A stretch of DNA of 64,000 nt from Planktothrix sp. GU0601_MAG3 (GTDB lineage: Bacteria > Cyanobacteriota > Cyanobacteriia > Cyanobacteriales > Microcoleaceae). Positions 21,893-33,706 of this stretch are shown piece by piece. The notes beneath the pieces were generated by a model, which saw only the letters and a program-made list of their open reading frames with translations, was not told where the DNA came from and did not search any database. The stretch lies in assembly GCA_035193785.1 (NCBI GenBank), contig CP136572.1, positions 4,052,578-4,116,577 on the forward strand, given 5' to 3'. The position numbers and the translations under genes are program-made. Within the stretch, counting starts at the first letter, position 1; each line of letters opens with the position of its first letter.

Positions 21893-24482
21893 TCAGATTG
21901 ATAAGGATTGAATTACACGCTGTAAGTAAATTTTAGCCACTTGATCCGAGGGATTTTCTTGTAGACAGGCTTCAAAGCACTGAGCAGATTCGGGGAAAGC
22001 CTCCAGATGATATAGGGTTAGGGCTTGCTCAAATAAGGTTTTTGTTTCTACTTTTTTTCGATAGATCAAGGGCGGATCGGCATCAAAAACTTCAAAAACT
22101 GAGACCATTTCCGATTTCCCTTTCACCCTGACTCTATCAATCACTCGGAAGGAATAAATATTAGGATCTTCAAGGGATAAAAAGGTATGTTCACTAATTA
22201 ATAAGGGAATACCATACCGTTTACTTAATTCCTCTAAGCGAGATCCTAAATTAACCGCATCACTAATCACGGTACTATCCATTCTATGTTGTCCACCGAC
22301 AATTCCCAACATTAAATCCCCGGTATTAATTCCGATCCCAATACTAATTGGAGGGCGATCGGGACGTTGACGGGTGAGGTTATATTCTGCTAATCTTTGT
22401 AACATAGAAATTCCCGCCTTAACTGCATCATCAGCACTTCCTCCAAATAAAGCCATAATTGCATCGCCGATATACTTATCAATAAAGCCTCGATTTTCAG
22501 TAATAGCCGGTTCCATGCGGGATAAATAAGCATTAATAAATTTAAAGTTATCTTCGGGTGTCATCCGTTCAGACATTTGGGTAAAACTGCGAATATCTGA
22601 GAACAAAATCGACATTTGTTTCTGTACCGCATCCCCGGATTTCACATCCACTAAACTTTCATATCCTAAAAAAGCCAAAAACTGATTAGGCACAAATCGC
22701 CCCGCCGCATCTGTCAATTGTTCCTCTTGATCTAAAGCCAATTCTAAATTACAATTAACCTCAAACATCTCCTCAATAAACTGTTGGCGTTCCTCCTCGG
22801 CTTTTCGGCGTTCACTAACATCTTGAAACACACCAATGGCATAGGCAACTTCTCCAAATTCATCATAAATTGGAGTTCCCCACATTTGCAATGGAATTGT
22901 CTGATCTAAGTGTTGAAAGTCCAATGTATCAATGCAGCAAAATCCCTCATTTAAGGCTCTAAAAATGGGTAAATCCTCTAAAATGTAAGGTGTTTTTGTG
23001 GTTGATGATGAATTTGAATGAACGTTCAATTGTAACGGGGGATGGGAAAATAAAACCTCAACTCCTAATAACTCTTGAGCCACTTTATTGCTATAGTGTA
23101 AATTTCCCGGGGCATCCACAACCACAACACCTAAAGGAATCGCTTCTAAAAATTGATGTAGTCGTCGATTTTGGGTTTTTAGTTCTGACATTAAATCCAA
23201 ATTTTCTGTTTTTAGCCTTTCATTGAGGAGACTAATTTCTTGATAGGCTTGAGTTAATTTATTTTCCTGAACTTCACTAACTTTCTTTTCGGCTTGTAGT
23301 TGATTTAAACTATCTTTTAACTGATTTTTTTTTTGTTGAATTTGTTTAAGGAGAAAAGCTTTCTCTTCTAAACCCATATATAGAAGGCGTAATTGTCGGA
23401 TTATTTTGTTAAAGGAAATTGCTAATTGACCGATTTCATCATCAGTAACAACAGGAGCAACTGAAGTCAAATTTCCCTCGGATACTTGAGTTGCTATTTT
23501 AGTAATATTGACAATTGGGCGAGTAATTTTTAGAGCTAAAATATAAACTAATACTGCTAAAATACTACTCGAAGTTAATCCCGCCAATACAATAATTACA
23601 GCTAAATTTTTAGCTGGTTGATTAGCTTCTGATAGGTGCATTTCTACCAATAAGGCTAATTGCTGTATATCCAGCCAACGATAGACTGCAATCACTGGAA
23701 TCCCGGCATGGTTAATATAAGTTTTATAGCCATTTTTCCCCGATAAAGCCTCTGTAATCCCCGGAGTATCGACTTTTTCTGGAAAGTCATACCGACCAAA
23801 TTGTTCGGCGGTAAAAAACATCTGATATCGGTCAAATAAATAGGTTTTGCCCGTAGTTCTCAAACCCGTTTTATCAAAAATAATTTCTTCCATTCTTCTC
23901 ATATTCAGGTGTACTACCAACACCCCAAATACATCCTGATCAACTCCCTTAATCGGTGTCGAGATCGTTAAACTTGGTTTATTTGTAATAGATGAAACAT
24001 AAAGATTTTGCAAAAAGGTCTTATAAATACCCGCTTGAAAATATTTTTCCTGATCCCGATATTCACCTTCCGATTGGGGATGGGTAGAAAAAACAATTTG
24101 TCCCCCGGTTGCCCTCAAAATCTGAATTTCTTGAAAGTCCGGTTTGGTGGCTAATACCGAAGCCATATATTGTCGGATTTGAGAATGAGAATCCCGCCAC
24201 CCTTGGGAAACCGGGATCATCAGTCACTAAAATTTGTGTAGCTGTTTGAATATCGGGTAACTGTGCTAAGGAAAAAGTCGCATTTTTTTGGTTTTCCACC
24301 CATAAATTCAAAGCTCTTTCCTTGAGAGTCGCCGCGACTTCCAATTGCTCAAAAATGAGTTGCTGCATGGAGGTTTTAGCACTTTGAAATGCGACCACCG
24401 CCACCCCCAGGACAGTGACCATAGATAGCAGTAAAAAATAGATCACAAGCCTGGACATCAGGCTTTTTGTCCAGAATTTCAT
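21893..24482 (-). CDS. Membrane sensor adenylate cyclase (TM-Cache-TM-HAMP-coiled coil-PAS-class III cyclase); +1 insertion at ~24207
   Basis: Two TM helices, HAMP DEIGQLAISFN, PAS ending DVSERR, cyclase motifs FSDIRSFT, DKYIGDAIM, TVISDAVNLGSRLE. Confidence 0.9.
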
Positions 24483-24721
24483 TCAATTTGCCCTTGAGCA
24501 CTGGTCACAACTTAAGTTTCTCGGGTACAACAAAAAACTCACACACCCGGTAGCTGACGGAGCCAGGAAGGACTTTGCTACTGACTTGGTGGCTCCTTCC
24601 TCAAGACTTACCTTAGAGCTTCCGCACCCTGTTTGCTAAATAATTTGGCACATTTCCTGAATTAATAATATATTCAATCTCTAAATTATAAAAACCCCCC
24701 GTTTAATTCCATAAACGAAAA

Positions 24722-24748
24722 TAGGGGTAATTGATGAATTACCCCTAC
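24722..24748. repeat. GTAG-type palindrome / terminator
   Basis: TAGGGGTAATT-GATG-AATTACCCCTA, perfect 11-bp stem downstream of the radical SAM gene. Confidence 0.65.
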
Positions 24749-24797
24749 TTATGGGCTGAAATCCCTAAATTTGCGTAATTCCCGCATCCTTTTAGAT

Positions 24798-26375
24798 TTA
24801 GAGGACTGAGGGGCTGAGGCTCTCTACTTCAGGGGTTGCTAAGGAGTGAAGATCCATCTGTTGATTAATCCGTGCTTTGGCCAAGGCGCGATATTCCCAG
24901 AAATGTTCCCCGGCCACACATAGCCCCAGATACAGATTCAGCAGTTGGGGTTTTTTCCGCAGGATGATCCACAGTTGATTCCAAAACTGTCCCCGAAGCT
25001 CAGGTCGCCGTATTCCCTGATGCCAGATGACCTGGGCCACCAACCTTAACCCTTTACCCAGGGGAAACTGCATAGTTTGTTTTTTGGTTGGGGAGCAGTT
25101 AATTTTGAGGCATTGTTGCAAACAGCGACGCAGATAATTTTCCGGCTCGTATAACGTCCAAAACCCTTCGACATACTCCCGGGCGATATCGGCTATGGGG
25201 CGAGTGGGGGTAAAATTCATCAGGGTGTTTTGGTCGCCGGTGGGATGTCCATTTCCCGCCATTAAGCGTTTTTCCTGTTTGAGCCGATCCCAAAGAGCCG
25301 TATTGGGGAGAGCTTGAAGAATACCCAGCATCGGTTGCGGAATACTGGTTTCTTCAATAAAAGCCTGAATCCGATCGCCCGCCCCCGCCTTCTCTCCATC
25401 AAAACCCAGGATAAACCCGGCATAAATCAGTAGCCCCGCCTGGTTGATTTTACTACAGGCTTCTACGAGGGGACTACGGGTATTTTGCTGTTTGCGGGTG
25501 AATTTTAGGCTATCTTGGTCGGGGGTTTCAATTCCTAGGAAAACCGCATAAAAACCCGCTTCCCCCATCAGTTGCAGAAGTTCATCATCTTCGGCCAGAT
25601 TCACCGAGGCTTCGGTCATAAAGGTGAAGGGGTGGTTATGTTGCTCCATCCAGGGAATTAACTCCCGGAGAAAGGATTTAACGTTCTTCTGATTACCAAT
25701 AAAGTTATCATCTACAATAAGCAGGGAACCGCGCCAACCGAGATCATAGAGGGCTTGTAACTCCGCTAGGGCTTGATGTGGTTCTTTGGTGCGGGGTTTG
25801 CGCCCATAAAGGGAAATAATGTCGCAGAATTCGCAGTTGAAGGGACAGCCCCGGGAAAACTGCATCGCCATCATCAAGTAACTATCCCGGTGCAGTAGGT
25901 CAAAACGGGGGATGGGACTTTGGCTGACATCGGGCTTTTCCATCGAGCGAAAGATCCCCTGGGTTTGGCCTTGACTCAGGGCTTCCAGGAATAGGGGAAT
26001 GGTCATTTCCCCTTCATCGAGAATCAGGAAATTAGCCCCGGCGTCCAGGGCATCCTGGGGGACGGAGGTGGGATAGGGGCCACCCACGGCGACGGTTTTA
26101 CCCAGGCGCACCGCTTTTTGAATTAAGGCTTGAAAGTCGGGTTTCTGCACTAGCATGGCAGAAAGAATCACCAGATCGCACCAGTCCCAGTCAGCCTGGG
26201 TTTCACAGGCGACATTGCGATCGCGAAATCTCATCTCCCAGTCTTGCGGTAGTAGGGCTGCTACTGTAATAATTCCTAACGGTGGAATCGCTGCTTTTAA
26301 ACCAGCAATTTCCATGAAGCGATCATAAGACCAAAAAGATTGGGGAAATTGGGGATAGATCAGCAATACTTTCAT
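24798..26375 (-). CDS. B12-binding radical SAM protein (DUF4070 type)
   Basis: PPLG, VAVGGPY, SRGCPFNCEFCDI (CxxxCxxC), DDNFIGN. Confidence 0.93.
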   Translation of the reverse strand: MKVLLIYPQFPQSFWSYDRFMEIAGLKAAIPPLGIITVAALLPQDWEMRFRDRNVACETQADWDWCDLVILSAMLVQKPDFQALIQKAVRLGKTVAVGGPYPTSVPQDALDAGANFLILDEGEMTIPLFLEALSQGQTQGIFRSMEKPDVSQSPIPRFDLLHRDSYLMMAMQFSRGCPFNCEFCDIISLYGRKPRTKEPHQALAELQALYDLGWRGSLLIVDDNFIGNQKNVKSFLRELIPWMEQHNHPFTFMTEASVNLAEDDELLQLMGEAGFYAVFLGIETPDQDSLKFTRKQQNTRSPLVEACSKINQAGLLIYAGFILGFDGEKAGAGDRIQAFIEETSIPQPMLGILQALPNTALWDRLKQEKRLMAGNGHPTGDQNTLMNFTPTRPIADIAREYVEGFWTLYEPENYLRRCLQQCLKINCSPTKKQTMQFPLGKGLRLVAQVIWHQGIRRPELRGQFWNQLWIILRKKPQLLNLYLGLCVAGEHFWEYRALAKARINQQMDLHSLATPEVESLSPSVL

Positions 26376-26517
26376 GGATTTTTAGTTCCTAATTTTAGTG
26401 ACTTTAGGTGAAATCGGCTTAATTTTTATCTATCTTAAGTATGATTATTTGATCGAATCACCAAAATTTAATTTCTGTTAATCTAATCCAAACTAAATTT
26501 TTTTCCTAATGTCAAGA

Positions 26518-27631
26518 ATGTCAAGACCTACTGTATATTTAGCGATTACTGATCATGGCTTTGGTCATGCGGTTAGAAACCTCGGCGGTTGCCAATGAAA
26601 TTCAAAGGCGTTTTCCTGATGTGTTATTAATTCTAGTCACAACGGCCCCCCGATGGTTATTAGAATCTTATTTGGATGGGGATTTTATTATCCGTCCCCG
26701 AGGCTTTGATGTGGGGGTAGTACAGTCCGATAGTTTGACTATGGATACAGCAGACACCATGGAAAAATGGCAAACAATCCGTCAACAGCAACGGGCAATT
26801 ATTGCTGGGGAAGTAAATTTTATTAAACAAAATAAAGTTGATTTAATCTTAGCTGATATTTCTCCCCTGGCTACGGAAATTGCTAAGGCTGCCGGGATTC
26901 CCTGTTGGATGATGGGTAATTTTGGCTGGGATTTTATCTATCGAGATTGGGGACAAGATTTTATCGAGTTAGCGGATTGGATTTCCGGTTGTTTTAGTCA
27001 ATGCGATCGCCTATTTCGGCTTCCTCTCCACGAACCGATGACGGCTTTTCCCCAGCAAATTGATGTCGGTTTAACCGGAGGAAATCCTCGGTTTGATTTA
27101 GATTATCTGAGAAAAACATTAGGGATTAAAACCCCACCGGAAAAAACCATATTATTAACCTTTGGGGGGCTAGGATTATCAGCGATTCCCCATCATAATA
27201 TTGAACGGTTATCTGATCATACGTTTATTACCTTTGATCAACATTTACCCTCATTTCCGAATTTAATTCAAGTTAGTAATTCTTTAAAATTGCCCGATCA
27301 CAATTCCCGTCCATTCCATGTGCGTCCGGTGGATTTAATGCCCCTATGTAGTCAGGTAGTTTCTAAACCCGGTTACAGTACCTTTGCGGAGGCATTACGG
27401 TTAGATATTCCCATTGTTTCTTTAACCCGAGATGGATTTGCCGAAGCTGCCATTTTATTAGAATGGTTACAAAATTATGGGGATCATCAGATTATTACAA
27501 CGACGGAATTTTTTCAACAGGATTGGACTTTTCTACACCAATCTTTTATCAAACCTCGTTTATCTGAAACCTTAGATAAAAATGGGAATGAAGCGATCGC
27601 TCAAGCTGTGATTGACTATCTTGTTGATTAA
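26518..27631 (+). CDS. Glycosyltransferase-like protein (GT-B); +1 insertion at ~26576
   Basis: Corrected N-terminus MSRPTVYLAITDHGFGHAVRT; NFGWDFIY, LTFGGLG, SKPGYSTFAEA. Confidence 0.85.
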
Positions 27632-27687
27632 CTTTAAGATAATTTTAATGGGGATATAGCCCTAAAGGGCTTACTACGGGGGGAATT

Positions 27688-28105
27688 ATGGCGCATTATC
27701 AAGAAATTTTGGAAGTACAAACCAGTGGAAAATCCTTTTCTACAATTACGGCTTATGTTCAGGAAGTGGTTAAAAATTCTGGGATAAAAATGGGAATTTG
27801 CCATCTATTTTTACGTCATACTTCCGCCAGTTTAATCATTCAAGAAAACGCCGATCCCGATGTTCTCAGGGATTTAGAGAACTTTTTATCTAAGTTAGTT
27901 CCCGAAGGCAATTATTATATCCATGATGCCGAAGGGCCCGATGATATGCCCGCCCATGTTCGTACTATTCTGACCCATACCTCTGAACAAATTCCGATTT
28001 CCCAGGGACGGTTACTATTAGGAAACCTGGCAAGGAATCTATCTCTGGGAACATCGACGTCATCGTCATACTCGGGAATTAGTCGTACATATTATGGGGG
28101 ACTAA
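27688..28105 (+). CDS. yjbQ: YjbQ (UPF0047) family protein; +1 insertion at ~28022
   Basis: HTSASLIIQENADPDV, EGPDDMPAH, corrected LGTWQGIYLWEHR. Confidence 0.92.
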
Positions 28106-28113
28106 GACCGATT

Positions 28114-28908
28114 TTAGGGGGATTCGGCTGGTGTGGAAAGGGACTCTAAATAGTGCAGAAAATCCAATAACTCATTATCGGTTAAATGCTGGCGAGAGCG
28201 TTTCCCATAGGTTTTTTGTAAATGGGCGCGACCCTCTTCCTGCGTCCACCGTAATCGTTTTAATTCAATATCCGTTTTAGCAATATCCGAGGAAAAATCC
28301 GTGGTTTCTAAAGAACGACCCAAACCCGCCGAGGCTTGACTAAATTCGGGTTCATCAGGATAGGTGGGGACACCTTCGGGACTTGCGGGAACCGGAGGTA
28401 GGGAAGCACTACGTCCTTTCGCACCCTTAGCGGGGGAAGATTTGCTCTCCGTCTCCCCGTCCGTGGTCTTGTCGGTTTTGGGCTGAATATAGGTGGCTGA
28501 TAACCAATCATCGGAGGTGAGAGACCCGGAGGGAATTCCCCCAGTATCTTGATGGGGGATCAAAGATGGGGCGAGGGGGGGCGGACTTTCCGGGGCGGGG
28601 GGGACTGCGGGCACAGAAACAGCCCTGGAAACCTCCGGTTTGAGTTCCAGGGGTGTTGGTTTTAAAGGTTCCCTGGGGGTGGAAGCTTGGGGTCGGATGC
28701 TATCGAGATCTAGGGATTGAATCGCCCGTTTTTTGGCCTGATCTTCTGCTAATTCAACGGTATCAGCCGCGGCTAATCCCGTGGTTAGGATCACCCCATC
28801 GACTTCGACCACCGCCCGCACCACATATTTTCCTTGATAAATAGTGAGTAACTCAGAAATTAAACTTCCCGTCGGATAACGCGATCGCAATTGAGCCAAC
28901 ATAATCAA
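28114..28908 (-). CDS. Conserved cyanobacterial hypothetical protein
   Basis: RYPTGSLISEL N-terminal domain, Pro-rich linker, C-terminal ELKRLRWT...YGKRSR...LT..EL motif. Confidence 0.75.
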   Translation of the reverse strand: MIMLAQLRSRYPTGSLISELLTIYQGKYVVRAVVEVDGVILTTGLAAADTVELAEDQAKKRAIQSLDLDSIRPQASTPREPLKPTPLELKPEVSRAVSVPAVPPAPESPPPLAPSLIPHQDTGGIPSGSLTSDDWLSATYIQPKTDKTTDGETESKSSPAKGAKGRSASLPPVPASPEGVPTYPDEPEFSQASAGLGRSLETTDFSSDIAKTDIELKRLRWTQEEGRAHLQKTYGKRSRQHLTDNELLDFLHYLESLSTPAESP

Positions 28909-29334
28909 TAATTCCTAAACAAACTACGATATACTTAAAGATTAGTCATTCACGAAGCTAAACGTCACAAATTCTATACCCTATCTCACAAGCACCAAGG
29001 GAATTAACATTGGGTGCTATTCCACAAGCTCGAAGTTAGCATTGCCCAAGGGAATAGATACTAGGGTCTGCTCTGGTTTGCCTTTAGCCGACCTATCTAA
29101 CGGACGGCTTCTGTGTATCCGTGGATTGTAACACTGTCCTTCTGGGGTTGGTACAATCGGCCCGGGAGAAGTTCCCCCCAGGTGTTTTAAAGATGGGGTT
29201 CTGGGGATTGGGTGTTCGGTGTCCGATGTGTGGGAAGCAGAAATCACTTCTTTGCTCAACCTTCACCCATTTAACACTAAATACCCATCCCTAACACCCG
29301 AAACCCGATTCTGACAAAGAGGATTAATCGCTAC

Positions 29335-31630
29335 ATGGAATTTTCAATCGCTGCACTGTTAGCCTATTTTTCCGATGATAAATTAGTCACCCCCAAGGCT
29401 TTAGAGAAAAAACTCGCCCCCGACGAGGAAAGTCTCCGAAGGTTTCAAATTGCTTTGGATGCTTTGGAACGAATTGGGATTCTGGAAAAAGATAAAGGTC
29501 GTTATCGCCGGGTTTCCCGAGGAAGGAATTGTGGAAGCCAAACTACGATGTTCCAGTAAAGGCTTCTGTTTTGCCATTCAAGATGCGGAAGGCGCCGAAG
29601 ATGTTTATATTCGCGAAAGTCATCTGAGTACCGCTTGGAATGGCGATCGGGTTTTAGTTAGAATCATTAAAGAAGGCAGTCGTCGCCGTTCTCCCGAAGG
29701 GGAAGTTTATGTGATTTTAGAACGGGCTAATCCTTCAGTTTTAGCCAGAATTAAACAATCAAAAACTGGCTATCGGGCGGTTCCTTTAGATGATCGGTTG
29801 TTATTTGAATTAGATTTAATTAATGACCCTTCTGAACTAGCCGGGGCGGTGGATCATTTAGTTCATGTCGAAGTCCTGCGTTATCCCATTGGTGTCCATC
29901 GTCCCCTCGGTCACGTTGTCCAAATTCTCGGTTCCGATGCTGAAGATGCCGATGATTTAGATATTGTTTGTTGTAAACACGATTTACCCCGCAAATGGCC
30001 CGCCGGAGTGTTACGCGAAGCCGAGGCAATTGACCGTAACTTGAAAAAAAGTGATTTAAAAAATCGGGCTGATATTCGCAATGTTCTAACTATTAGTTTT
30101 CAACCGGATTTAGGTAATCCTGAATTTTCGGTTTTAGAAGATGAAGAACGAGCCGGGCGCCTCCCCTGCATCGATCATGCTTTTAGTATTGAACAAACTA
30201 AATCCGATCTTTGGCAATTAGGGATTCATTTAGCCGATGCTGCCCACTATATTCTCCCCGATAGTGATCTCGACCGAGAAGCCCGCAAACGGGGGACGGC
30301 GATTTATTTAGCGGATAAATTGATTCCGATTTATCCCGAAACCATTTCTTGCGATCGCTTGGCCCTAGTTCCCGACGAAGAACGATTGGCCCTATCAATT
30401 ATGATCACCTTAGATATGGCTGGACGGGTCATAGAATACGAGATCCAACCTAGTGTGATCCGGGTAGATCGTCAACTCACCTTTGACCAAACCCAAGCTA
30501 TTCTCGATGGTGAACCCTCCCCCTTTGCTAATGTCCTAGAAAACCTACTGGAACTCAGTCGGGCGGTGCGCCAAATTCGCCTAGAAAGGGGCAGTTTTGA
30601 ACTCAATTTACCCGATACCCATTGCCACTTTAATGATGAAGGAGAACTCGGGCCAATTGTGCTATCTTCTTTATCTCCAGCCCGGTCGATGATTTCTGAG
30701 TTGGTGGTATTGGCTAATCAAATTGTTGGTAGTCATTTAAACACCTTGGGTGTTCCTGCTATTTACCGCGTCCAACCGCCCCCAGAAGCTTCTGATGTCT
30801 CGGAGTTAGCCAAATTAGCAACTCATTTAGGGACGGAATTATTTTTGGAGGAAGATGAGGAAGTAGAACCCGGTACGTTCCAACAATTTACGGAGGAATT
30901 GGCAAATAGTCGGGCGGAACGGGTTTTGAGTTATTTATTAGAAGAAACCCTCAAACCGGCGGTTTATAGTACCACCGCTAAACTTCATTTTGGCTTGGCC
31001 CTTCCCTGTTATACCCATTGCACTTCCCCCCTGTCTCGCTATTGCGATTTACAGATTTTGCGGGTACTGAAAAGCGTGTTTGAGGAAGGACGCGATCGCC
31101 GTTCTACCCGGGCTAAGGAACGGGTGGATTTGGGCCATTCTTCCTGTCATGGGAAAATTACCTGGAATGTACTCCCCCCGGAAATTCAGCATGAGTTGGA
31201 AAGTCAGTTTAACCAGTTAGTCATTCATCTGAGTGAACGGGAAAGCGTGGCGGTGGATGCGGAGGAAGATTTAGAGGGACTCAAGAAAACCGGGTTTATG
31301 AAGGAACGCACGGGCCAAAACTTCATTGGCTTAATTACCGGGGTTCAGTCCTATGGGTTCTTTGTGGAAATTGAGGTAAAGTCCCCCGGCGGCACGGTTT
31401 TACGGGTGGAAGGACTGGTTCATGTTTCCTCCCTCAAGGATGACTGGTATGAATACCGTTCTCGTCAACAAACCCTAGTCGGTCGCAAAAATCGCAACCA
31501 ATACCGTCTCGGGGATAATGTCGAAGTCCAGGTAAAAAGTGTAGACTACTATCGTCAACAAATTGATTTAGTCGCGGTCGGCGGCGGTAGTGAAGCTTCA
31601 GAGGATAGCGACGAACCCTATTTTCCCTAA
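29335..31630 (+). CDS. rnr: Ribonuclease R family protein (Zam-like); +1 insertion at ~29512
   Basis: KGFCF CSD, RNB domain (HFGLA...YTHCTSPLSRY), S1 domain (EGLVHVSSL). Confidence 0.9.
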
Positions 31631-31642
31631 ATCTTAACGCGG

Positions 31643-31707
31643 ATTTAAGAGGATTTCACGGATTTCACGGATTTTAATTTGTGTTAATCTGCGTAATCCT
31701 CTTAAAT
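31643..31707. terminator. Hairpin downstream of rnr
   Basis: Perfect 13-bp stem ATTTAAGAGGATT / AATCCTCTTAAAT. Confidence 0.6.
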
Positions 31708-31735
31708 TCGTAATTCGTAATTCGTAATTCCTAAA

Positions 31736-32420
31736 ATGTCTATTACACAATTAATTAGTTTACTGGTGCTTGTGGGAGGTTTAGCGATCTTTACGATCCA
31801 AAATCTATCCCCATCTTTATCTTTAATTTTTTTAGGTAATCAACTACCAAGTTTACCCCTTTCAATTTGGATTTTAATAGCGATCGCAATGGGAATATTA
31901 ACCTATTCCATTATTCATAATTTATTTCAAGTTACCCCTCAGAGGGTTAAACCTTTTTCTCCCTCTAAAACAGCTTCTGAACCCGTTACTAAAGCCCCCT
32001 TAGACCCGGTTAGTCCTTCTTCTTGGGTTTATACTCCCGAACCCATCGAACCCGCTCCAGAATCGGTTTATACCGCCCATGGTTCTGTTAGTTCTGTGAG
32101 TCCTTCTGAACCGGAAACCCCCTGGGAGTGGTTTTGCAGATGATGATGATTGGGAAACGGAAGTTAAACCTTTTAACCCCGCTTGGGAAGGAGATGATGG
32201 GAGAGAAAATTATCCAGAAACACAACCCCCAACTGCATCGGATTCATCCTATTCTTATTCCTACGAGGATCGAGATTCTAGTAGTACCGGAGTTGGGAAA
32301 GTCGAAACGGTTTATGATGCTGATTATCGAATTATTACCCCGCCTCCGAAAACTAAAATTCAAGATGATATTCAACCCAAAAATCAGAATTCCAATGATG
32401 ATGATGAAGATTGGGTTTGA
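31736..32420 (+). CDS. LapA-family membrane protein with acidic disordered tail; +1 insertion at ~32114
   Basis: FTIQN..LSLIFLG..LPLSIWILIA. Corrected tail DDDDWE...SYSYSY...VYDADYRIITPP...DDEDWV*. Confidence 0.75.
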
Positions 32421-32490
32421 TACTCTCATTTTTATTAGTAGAACTTCAGGTCAAAAATACTAAAGACAACCCTCAAATTACTATTGAAAT

Positions 32491-32677
32491 GTAGGGGCGG
32501 GTTCGCCGGGATTTTTGTGATGATCATTAACCCAAATAAACCCGCCCCGTCTTGTTAATATTAATCAAGACAAAACCCCACAAATTCTGTTTTTTTTATC
32601 TAAAATATCGGTGGGGTTGGGCGGGTTTATCAAGATTTTCTGTGAGATTTGAAGGATTTTGTCGAACCCGCCCCTAC
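32491..32677. repeat. REPIN/BIME-like GTAG repeat cluster
   Basis: Perfect outer 15-bp inverted repeat GTAGGGGCGGGTTCG / CGAACCCGCCCCTAC and inner TAAACCCGCCC (32537) / GGGCGGGTTTA (32619). Confidence 0.8.
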
Positions 32678-32716
32678 GGGTTTCTTCTTGATGAAAATTT
32701 ACCGCAAAAAGTGAGT

Positions 32717-33169
32717 TCAACCTACGGGTAATTTTATTCTGTTTAAGGGTATTTTATTTATATCTTGATGATTGTTTTCTAATTCTTCAGAAACATCTAA
32801 TACTGTTGATAGTGATGCTTCAAATTCTTCTGGCGTCATTCTCAACAACGCCGGAATAACTGCTACTTTTTTACCCTTGAGTAAAATCGTTACCTCGAAA
32901 TCTGCACCCAAAGCATCTAAATAAGCTAAAACCGATTCAAAAGCATGATCATTATTAGCACTTTCTAACTTAGAAACCCAACTTTGACCTACTCCCATTT
33001 TTTCAGCTAATTCCGCTTGGGTTAAACCTAATTTTTTTCGCAAATTTCGCATCACTTGAGTTAAGGTTAATCTAAATAACTCCTGTCTTTCGATGAGTTG
33101 CATTTCCGGGGTATCAGGAATAATTTGCTCAAGGAAAGCGAGAACATCTTGAGTATTCGTTTCTGTCAT
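32717..33169 (-). CDS. XRE-family HTH antitoxin (HigA-like)
   Basis: LRKKLGLTQAELAEKMGVGQSWVSKLE; start overlaps the toxin stop. Confidence 0.85.
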   Translation of the reverse strand: MTETNTQDVLAFLEQIIPDTPEMQLIERQELFRLTLTQVMRNLRKKLGLTQAELAEKMGVGQSWVSKLESANNDHAFESVLAYLDALGADFEVTILLKGKKVAVIPALLRMTPEEFEASLSTVLDVSEELENNHQDINKIPLNRIKLPVG

Positions 33170-33550
33170 TAATTTTCCTCCTGTTGTTGAATGATGCGAT
33201 CTCGTCGTCTAACCGCAATACTAATTTCCGATTTAGGTGTTTTGCGACTTTTCTTTTTAAACCCATGTAATAGGACAAAACGCCTTCCAACAAAAGCACA
33301 AAGAAAAATTCGCGGATTATTTGGTGTATTATCTAATCGTAATTCATACAAATTTGTTTCCGTTACAATTTTATCTAAAATATCAGATCTTTCTCTTAAT
33401 AATCTTAATCCATAACTCCTCAGCAATTTTAGGCGAAGTTGTAATTGCTTCAGTTTCCCCTGGTGTCAATGACGGATCTTTGATAAACTCCTGAACAGGT
33501 GCAGTTCCATCAGACTCAATGTAAAACTCGATTTGCCATTCTTCTGTCAC
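33169..33550 (-). CDS. RelE/HigB (Gp49-like) toxin; +1 insertion at ~33453
   Basis: GTG start MTEEWQIEFY...PVQEFI joins LYELR...RIF...LLHGFKKKSRKTP..EI..A..R. Confidence 0.85.
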
Positions 33551-33706
33551 ACCTTAGCATTGTTCCTCATTTATTCCAAATTTGTCATATTTTATGATAA
33601 CACAATTTCCCCAAATCTTCAATTATTGAACATAACCGAAAATTCCCGTCTTCAGTAAATCTACGATGACGCTAAGATAATTAAGGACTGTACCACTCGA
33701 AATGTA

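Noticed and set aside
24540..24605. c-di-GMP or other riboswitch upstream of the adenylate cyclase (GGAGCCA...TGGCTCC hairpin)
   Set aside because: Only a short stem, with no recognisable riboswitch consensus. An Rfam scan would be needed.
29017..29259. 80-aa minus-strand ORF, or 6S RNA, upstream of rnr
   Set aside because: The ORF has a TTG start and no recognisable motif, and the sequence does not resemble cyanobacterial 6S RNA as I recall it. Kept only as a candidate leader.
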